Assembly (NCBI GenBank): GCA_963706025.1
Contig: CAVPLM010000025.1
Coordinates: 1-34,927 of the forward strand
Source of the DNA: an uncultured Actinomycetes bacterium
GTDB taxonomy: Bacteria; Actinomycetota; Thermoleophilia; RBG-16-64-13
DNA length: 34,927 nucleotides
Direction: 5' to 3'
Shown here: in pieces, positions 27,183 to 34,927 of the stretch
How the letters are laid out: each line of letters starts with the position of its first letter
How positions within the stretch are numbered: position 1 is the stretch's first letter
The notes under the pieces: generated by a model
The model's input: the letters and a program-made list of their open reading frames with translations, nothing else
The model's database searches: none
What the model was told of the DNA's origin: nothing
Made by a program: the position numbers and the translations under genes

Positions 27183-27206
27183 GCGACCGCGAACGGAGGT
27201 AGACCT

Positions 27207-28480
27207 GTGGCCTGGGAAGACTTCGAACATGACATGCAGCGCTGCACCCGCTGCTCGTACTGCAAATGGATACCCTGGCGCTTCATGGAGAGACATCGAC
27301 TACATGCAGGGGTGCCCGTCGGCTGCCAGGTACAACTTTCACGCCTACTCGGCCGGCGGCAAGTACAACATCTCCTATTCGCTGCTGCAGGGCGGCTCGA
27401 GATCGACGACACCTTTCTGGATGTCGTCTACAAGTGCATGATGGACGGATCCTGCGACGTCGCCTGCAAGGTGCAGCAGGATATCGAGCCCCTGCAGCAC
27501 ATGCAGGAACTCAGGATCAAGTGCGTCGACCAGGGCAGCTGCTGCCTCAGCACATGCCCTTCATCGGAGCCTGCGCAAAGAAGACAACATGATGCTGGGC
27601 GTCCGCGGCCGAGCGGGGCGAGTGGGCCGACGGACTCGATGTGAAGCGGGCCACCGAGAGCGGCGGAGGTCGTCTACCACGCCGGCTGCCGCTATTCCTA
27701 CGACAGCGAGCTGTGGCCGATCGCCCGAGCGGGGGTGACCTACTCCAGCGGGCCGGAGTGGACGTCGGGCATCATGGGCAAGGACGAAGCTGCTGCGCCG
27801 GCCGGGCCTACGAACTGGGCTACGACGGCGAGATGGCCAAGTTCGCGCAGCACCAGGCGGAGACCCTCCGGGCCTGCGGCGCGAAGGCGCTGGTCACGCC
27901 CTGCTCCGACTGCTACGCGCTCCTTCAAGGTGCTCTACGACAAGATCGGCATGAAGCTGCCGATACCGGTCTACCACATCACCGAGTACCTGGAGAAATG
28001 CATCGCGGAAGGGAACGCTCAAGCCTCGCAAGGCCCCGGACATCCGGGTGACCTACCACGATCCCTGCCATCTGGGCCGCCTGGCCGAACCGTGGATCCA
28101 CTGGAACGGCAAGGAGGTCAAGCCCCCAACGTGCAGATGTGGCTGCACGACCCGCCCAAGAAGTACCGCCGGGGATCAACGGGGTCTACGACACTCCCAG
28201 GAACATCATCAAGAGCATCCCGGGCGTGGACTTCGTGGAGATGTATCGCATCCGGGAGTACGCGTGGTGCTGCGGGGCCGGAGGCGGGGTCAGCGATGCC
28301 TATCCGGACTTCGCCGAGTGGACCGGCGGCCGAGAGGCTCAAGGAGGCCAAGGCCGTGGGGGCCGAGGCGATCGTCAGCGCGTGCCCCTGGTGCAAGAGG
28401 AACTTCCTCGATGCGGCGGCGAGACCGGCGACGACATCCAGGTCCTGGACATCATCGAACTCGTGCAGCAATCCCTATAG
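27207..28480 (+). CDS. (Fe-S)-binding CCG-domain protein (GlcF/HdrD-like), frameshifted
   Basis: GGAGGT RBS. CTRCSYC..GCP, CMMDGSCDVAC, YHAGC, TPCSDC, TYHDPCHLGR, WCCGAGGGV, SACPWC. Confidence 0.85.
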
Positions 28481-28514
28481 CCTCAGCGAACTGAAGCGGG
28501 TAGGAAGAGCAAAG

Positions 28515-30200
28515 ATGAGACTGACGACAGAGGAATACCAGGCCCTTGAGGAGATCGTCGGCCCCGAGATACATCACCGAGGACCCCGTGATCATGGAGA
28601 GCTACAACCAGGTCTGGGGCAACAAGCTTGTGCATTGGGCAGCAAGCAGGTACGACCCGCCGGCGGCGGTGCTGCTGTCCGGGAAGCGTGCGAAGAGATC
28701 TAGACATCGTCAAGCTGTGCAACAAGCACAGCATCCTGTTCAAGGCCCTCGGCTGCAGGCTTCGAATGGGTGGCTACCGTGCTGACAGGGAGAGAGGGAT
28801 CCTGCTCGATCTGAGGAGGATGGACCGCATCCTGGAGATCGATCCGAAGAACATGTTTGCGGTGGTCGAGCCCTTCGTATCGTGCCACAAACTGCAGTTG
28901 GACGCGCAACAAGCTCGGCTTCTACGTCGGGCAAGCCCGGAGTGGGGTACAGCGGCAACCGTGATCGTCGGTGGCCTGCTGCCACCAGGAGATGACCATC
29001 TCGCAGATCTACACGAGCGGCTACGGGCGCAACGTGCTGGGCTGCGAGTGGGTGTTGCCGACCGGTGAGATTCTTGAACCTGGGCACCAGCGGCAGCGAG
29101 GACGGCTGGTTTCGGCCGACGGCCCGGGGTTCAGCCTGCGGGGCATCCTGCGGGGGCGCGCCGGAGCCAACGGCGGGCACGGCGTCATCACGAAGGCCGC
29201 GGTGAAGCTCTATCCCTACTACGGCGAGGTCCCCGGGTCTGAAGAGGGAGCCCGGTGAAGCCACCATCCGCGGCGCAGATCGAGAAGAGTGCCCGAACAC
29301 TATCGGGCGTACGTGTTCACCTTTCCCGACTACTGGACAAGATGCTCGAGGCGTCGGCCGGAGATCGGCCACGCGGAGCTCGCCTGCGTGCTCGCTCCCG
29401 GCTACATCACCACCGGTTTCAACGGGGAGGGCAACGACGAGGAGTGGGCCATGATGCAGAAAGTCACTCCCGAGACAGACGGAGATGGCCAGGAACTCGG
29501 TGCCCGTGTCCGTCAACGGCCACTCCGCCCGCGAGCTGGAATACCGGGAGAAGAGCCGCGTTCGCCATCATGGAGAAATGGGGCGGCTACCTCGACCCCG
29601 AGCTGAACGACCGGAAGTAGCAGGCACGCCGATTTCAGTACCAGTTCTGGTCGACGGGCGTTCCGGCGTGAGGGCCACCGGCGACTTCATGGTCTCCATC
29701 CAGGGGGCCGACGGCTCACCCGGAGATGCAGATGAAGTCACCGTCCCGTCGAGATCCAGGCCTTCAAGCCCTTCGCCGAGAGCGGGGCGATACTCCAGCC
29801 CACTGCCGGCGTGGTCGTACCGTCCCCAGGAGCACTACTCCCTGGGCTGCTCGGGCGGCGTCGGCACATCGTTCGATCCCTGGGACCCGGTCTCGTTCGA
29901 GGCGGCCAGAGAGTACCTGGAGATCGTCTACGACCCCGACGGGCCCGTTCGCGCAGGTACGGCTACACCAACCGCGGGGCCATGATGCAGATCGAGTCCA
30001 TCCACCATATCCACGAGAAGTGGGGTCCGCACGTACGACAACTGCGACTCTGGCTGCGGAAGGTGAAGGCGATGCTCGACCCCAACAGCGTGGCCGACTG
30101 GTCGGCCTACATCCCGGCGGAGTACCCTGAGGAGGCCGGAGTTGGAGCGCTGGTCGAGCTCTTGCAAAGGAGACGGCAATTCGCTGTCAAAGCGAGGTGA
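28515..30200 (+). CDS. Second FAD-binding oxidoreductase, frameshifted
   Basis: MRLTTEEYQALEEIVGP, LDLRRMDRILEID, RNVLGCEWVLPTGE, GPGFSLRGILRG..G..GGHGVITKAAVKL, KVKAMLDPN. Confidence 0.8.
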
Positions 30201-30202
30201 GC

Positions 30203-31008
30203 ATGCGCGCAGATCGTCGTCTGCATGAAGGTCGTCATCGACCCGGAGGTCCCCTATCAGACCTTCGCCATCAACAGGAGGAGCAGGAAGGCGGTGCCGC
30301 CCGTGGGGCTGCCCCCCGTCTTCAGCCCTTTTGACGAGAACGCCCTCGAGTGCGCGCTCCGCATCAAGGACGCAGTGCGGGTGCAGGGTGACGGTGCTCA
30401 GTGTGGCCAAGTCCGTCCCAAAGAGCCTGCTGCAGACGGCCCTGGCGGCCGGAGCGGACCGGGCCATCGCCGTCGAGGACCCCCAGTTCGAGAACCTCGA
30501 CCCTTACAGCACGGCGGCCGTTCTTGGCCGGCTCGATCCGCAGGTTGGAAGCGATTCGATCTGGTCTTCACCGGCCGTCAGGCCGCCGACTGGGACGCGG
30601 GCCTGGTGTGGGCGGGCATCGCGGAGCATCTGGATGCTCCCGTGCGTGACGTTGGCCCAGAAGGTCGAGCTACGAGACGGAGAGGTCGTCGTAGAGAGCT
30701 GCGTCTCCGATGGCATCGAGGTAGTGGAGTCGGTATTGCCCGCGCTTGTGACCGTGAGCAACGAGGCAGGCGAACTGCGCAACATCTCGCTGGCCGCGCT
30801 GATGAAGGCGAAGCAGCGGAGATCGTGAAATGGTCTGTCTTAGACGTGGGCTTCGAGCAGGCGAGCCTCATGGATCTGACAGACCTCTCCCTGCCGGCGC
30901 TTGAGATCGTCGACCGGAACATGATCGAAGGCGAGGACGCGCGCGAGAAGGGGCGCGAATCTGGCCCGCAAGCTCGCGCAAGACGGCCTGCTCGAAAGGT
31001 CGAACTGA
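30203..31008 (+). CDS. etfB: Electron transfer flavoprotein beta subunit, frameshifted
   Basis: QIVVCMKVVIDPE, SPFDENALECALRIKD, ALAAGAD, FTGRQAADWDAG, LPALVTV. Confidence 0.85.
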
Positions 31009-31009
31009 A

Positions 31010-32019
31010 GTGGAGACGCACGAGAACGTTCTGGTCTTTGGAGAGGTCGACGAAAACCGTCTATCGGCTTTGACGGTAGAACTGCTGGGCGTCGGCGCCC
31101 GACTCGCCGGCGGTCTTCACCAAGGCCTCCATCTTGTCCACCTTGGAGCGGAGACACCGCCCTCGCTCGAAGAAGCGTACGGATACGGGGCCCAGGCGGT
31201 CTACGCGGCCGCCGATCCGCTGCTCGGCGTCTACCAGCCCGATCTGTTTCTCCAGGCCATGGAACAGACCGTCGGGCGATTGAGGCCGCGCATCATCCTC
31301 TTCGGGCAGACCGACCAGGGCCTGGATCTCGCCCCACGGCTCGCCTTCAGGTTGCGGACGGGGGTGACGCTCGACTGCGTCGATCTCCGAATTGCGAGGA
31401 AACAGGTCTGCTGGAGCAGGTGAAGCCCGTCTTCGGGGGCAAGGCCCACGCGACCTACCGCAACAACGCCTTCCCTCAGGTCGCCTCGATCCGGCAGGGG
31501 TCCTTCGCCCCGGCGCCATACGCCGATCCGGCAGGGCGCGCGACGATCCCGATGGACCTTGCGCTGGACTCCTCTCGGGCCAGGACCAGAATCGTCGAGA
31601 AGGTCCAAGACGAAGACCCTCTCTATGGCCCTGAGCTCTGTCCTCGGCGTCCGTAGTAGTGAGCGGAGGAAGGGGCATTCAAGACAAAGAAGGCGTCGAA
31701 CTCCTCTCGCAGACCGCGAGCCTGCTCGGGGGGGCCATCGGCGGGGACACGCGCCGCCGTCGAGAGCGGTTGGTTGCCGCGCTCGATAATGGTCGGACTG
31801 ACCGGTCGAGGAGTCAATCCGCGGCTGTACATGGCTGTCGGCATCTCAGGCTCTCTGCATCACCTGGCAGGCTGCATGAGGTCGCGGACCATCGTGGCCG
31901 ATCAACACCGACGAGTCGGCGTCCATCTTCAAGTTCTCCCACGTCGGCGTGGTCGGGGATTGCCGGGAAGTCTGGAAGCATTCAACAACGAGGTCGCCGA
32001 GATCAAGAGCGGCGGCTGA
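31010..32019 (+). CDS. etfA: Electron transfer flavoprotein alpha subunit, frameshifted
   Basis: DLAPRLAFRL, KPVFGG, SGGRGI, VGLTG..V.PRLYMAVGISG..HH.AG, INTD..ASIFK. Confidence 0.85.
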
Positions 32020-32056
32020 GGGACGGCTGAGGCGGCTGAACCGAGGCGCGAACGAC

Positions 32057-33827
32057 ATGCAGGGCCGGATCCTGACGGTCGACCTGGCTTCCGGGCGGAC
32101 CAGCGTTTCCCACATCTCCCCGGAACTGCAGAGAAGCTTGATCGGGGGCCGGGGCCTGGCAGCCAAGCTGATGCTCGACCTCGCACCGAAAGGCGTCTCC
32201 GGACTGTCGCCGGAGAACGTGATTGTCTTCGCGACCGGTCCGTTGACTGCTTTCTCCGTGGAGGGCACGGACAGGCTCTGCATCGCCGCGAAGTCCCCGC
32301 TTACCGGCCTCCTCTTCAATTCTTCGATGGGAGGAATTCGCCAGCAGTCTCACGCTTGCCAGCACGGATGTCTTGGTGCTCACGGGAAAGGCGGCCACCC
32401 CGGTCTGCCTGGTCGTCAAAGATGGGGCGGTGAGTTTCCAGGACGCGGCCCCACTCCTCGGCCGTTCACCCCGGGAAGTGCTCGACGTGGTCAAGGCCCG
32501 CTACAGAGGGCCGAGGTATGCACCTTAGGCGTTGCGGCCGAAGACCTGGTACCGTACTCGGGGATCGTCCACCCGAGGACCACCGGGCGCTGGGGCTTCG
32601 CCGGCCGCGGGGGCCTCGGAGCGGTGATGTTCTCGAAGAACGTCAAGGCCATCGTGGTACGGCCCAGCGCTCGAGGCCGAGCGACGGCCGCCGACCGAAT
32701 GCATGCGGAGACTCCGGCGGGTGATGAGGCGAGACCTGAAGAGCAACCTCGAGGACCTGCACCTACTCGGCACGCCGATGGGTCTCTCTGCCTTCAACGC
32801 GCTCGGCTGTCTGGGGACCCGCAACCTTTCGGAGGAACAGTTCGAACACGCGGAAGATATCTCAGCCGAGCGGCTGTGGCATGACTACTACGTCTCCGAT
32901 CTCGCCTGCCACGGCTGTCCGGTAGCCTGCGGCAAGATGTGCGCGGTCGGCGACGACCGGCTGAAGAACCCGGAGTACGAGACGTTGTACGCGTTGGGCT
33001 CGATGCTCGGCGTCGGGGATATTGAGGCTGTCATCAGAGCCACGGCACTGTGTGACGAACTGGGTCTCGAATACCATAAGCATGGGGGTCACGATTGCTT
33101 TTGCCATCGAGTGCTACGAACGAGGGCTGCTCACCACCGCCGAGACAGAGGGGGAAGTTCTGCAGTTCGGCGACGCTGCGCAGGTCCTACGCCTCGTCGC
33201 CAAGACCGCAAGACGCGAGGGTTTCGGCGACCTGCTGGCACAAGGCACGAGACGGATGGCCGATATCGTCGCGCAGCACTCCCATCGCTTCGCCCACCAT
33301 GTAAAAGGACTGGAGGTGGCCGGGCACTCCGCCCGGGCGCTGAAGGGCATGGCTATCGGCTACGCAACGGGGACGCGAGGCGGATCGCACCAGGATTCCC
33401 GGCCTCGATACCTTAGAGGGCCTTGCGGAGTACAGCGGCGAGGTGGAGAAGGCGATCAGACCCAGAACCTGGCGGGCGTGGGCGACTCGCTTATCCAGTG
33501 CCGCTTCGTCATGGAGGCGGCCCTCGGAGAGACGCTGGACAGCGAGAGGTATGCCCGGCTGATGGAGGCGACCGTCGGATGGCGTCCGGCCGAGGGCGAG
33601 CTGAGCACCGTCGGGGATCGCATCTGGCACCTCGAACGGCTGTTCAATGTCAGGGAAGGGGTCACACGAGAGCAGGATGTCCTTCCACGGCGTGTGATGC
33701 GGGAGGCAATCCCGAGCGGGCCCCTGCAGGGGAAAAGGTCCCAGGAAGAAGCCGGCTGCGACGATTCTCGATTCCTTCCGGCCGGGGCTCGGACCCGGCG
33801 GTCTGGCGGCGGAGCGCCTTCGGCTAA
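32057..33827 (+). CDS. Aldehyde:ferredoxin oxidoreductase family (W/Mo-pterin), frameshifted
   Basis: IGGRGLA, AKSPLTG, AGRGGLGAVM.SKNVKAI, CHGCPVAC, PEYETLYALGS, CDELG, RGGSH, ERLFNVREG. End approximate. Confidence 0.85.
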
Positions 33828-33936
33828 GCTAGGGCGATTACGGCCACTTGGTCGAATCGCAGGCGCGGCCCGATTGAATCGGGGAGCGCCGCCCGCTCAG
33901 CCCGCCGGACGCCGCTCGGCCCCCAGGCGCGACCCG

Positions 33937-34927
33937 TTACCAGTAGTTGTCGTAGGTCTGGCCGACCAGCTTCGCGGCAAGATCGGGCGTGATCTCAACG
34001 GGCAGAAGAAGCGCAGGCCCAGTTCCATGACTGCTCGGGAATAGCTGATGGCCCAGTTCCCGGTCCACCCCGGCTTCCGCCGCCGATTTGATGCCGATCG
34101 CCTTCATGAGTCTGCGGACGCCCTCCGCCGTCTTCGCCCCTATGTCTACGGGCGAGTCGACGGCGGCGAACTCAATACCCATCGCCTCGCCGATCATTCG
34201 CACTTTATCAGGGACGGCAGGGGCGACGAGAGCCAGCACTTCCGGGGTCGCCCACGCACAGGGCAGACCGTGCGGCAAAGGGAAGGCCCGGGAGAAGGCG
34301 TCCGCGATGCAGTGGCCTACGTGAAGGGTGGCGTCGTCGACCGTGGTGAAGCCCGCCCAGTTGCTCGCGTAAGCCATCTCCGTGCGGGCTTCGATATCGC
34401 CGCCGTCGTGACATGCGGCCGGTAGGCTGCGGGCGATCCTTCTGATTGCCCCAAGGGCAAGCACCTCCGTCCGGGGGTTCGAGTCCTTGCTTGTGAAAGT
34501 CTCGACGGCGTGGGAGAACGCGTCCATGCCGGTCTCCGCTGTGGCCGAGGCGGGAACGTTCCGGACCAGTCCGGGATCGACGATGGCCACGCTGCTGTCG
34601 ACGTGGATGGGCACCTTCATGCCCAGCTGGTCGTGGGTGATGACGCAGGCATCGGACGCCTCGCTGCCGCTGCCCGAAGTGGTGGGCACCAGCACGATCG
34701 GGACGCTTGCCTTAAAGAATCGAGGCTCCGGTTTCAGATAGTCCCGGCAGTTGCCCTCGAGCCCCATCATGATGCTCGCGGCTTTCGCCGCGTCCATGCT
34801 GCTCCCGCCGCCCACACCTATGACGCAGTCCCGCGCCTTCTGCCTTTGCCATCTCGGCTATGTCGTCGATCAAGTCGGACCCTGGATCGGCGGTGACTTT
34901 GTCGAAGACGCTGTAGCCCAGCCCTGC
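33937..34927 (-). CDS. Iron-containing alcohol dehydrogenase (5' end outside window; indels near 34820-34860)
   Basis: GGGSSMDAAK, PTTSGSGSE, GMDAFSHAVE, HVGHCIA, PHG. Confidence 0.9.

Noticed and set aside
26650-33830. Programmed ribosomal frameshifting
   Set aside because: There are too many shifts in ordinary enzymes and no consistent slippery motif.

Overview
This GC-rich bacterial window looks like an anaerobic actinobacterium, possibly Thermoleophilia-like. That assignment is inference from SLH proteins, Thr-rich lipoprotein linkers and a leaderless promoter. It has three parts. (1) 1-11.3 kb holds envelope and accessory genes: a class III aminotransferase, CotH-like lipoprotein kinase, SLH-rhodanese, SIMPL lipoprotein, a higBA locus with a deletion-inactivated toxin, MBL hydrolase, Fe-S flavoprotein and CHAP-SLH protein. 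(2) 11.3-16.7 kb is a plastic zone. A ~605-bp module (arm-like repeats, 3' half of tRNA-Lys(UUU), terminator, yggT) occurs twice as a diverged direct repeat 2,725 bp apart. Around it are gene relics, including an in-frame chimera of a molybdoenzyme N-terminus and a GGDEF C-terminus. No integrase is present in the window. (3) 16.8-34.9 kb is a regulated anaerobic catabolic cluster: IclR, Tat-exported ABC binding lipoprotein, two isochorismatase-fold proteins lacking the Asp-Lys-Cys triad, an OYE/BaiCD-type flavin-FeS reductase with a non-canonical active site, TetR with an extra beta-rich domain and three candidate operators, MmgE/PrpD, FAD oxidoreductase, CCG Fe-S protein, a second FAD oxidoreductase, EtfBA, aldehyde:ferredoxin oxidoreductase and an Fe-containing ADH. 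Beyond ~26.6 kb almost every gene has several indels. These are most likely long-read consensus errors, so coordinates there are approximate.
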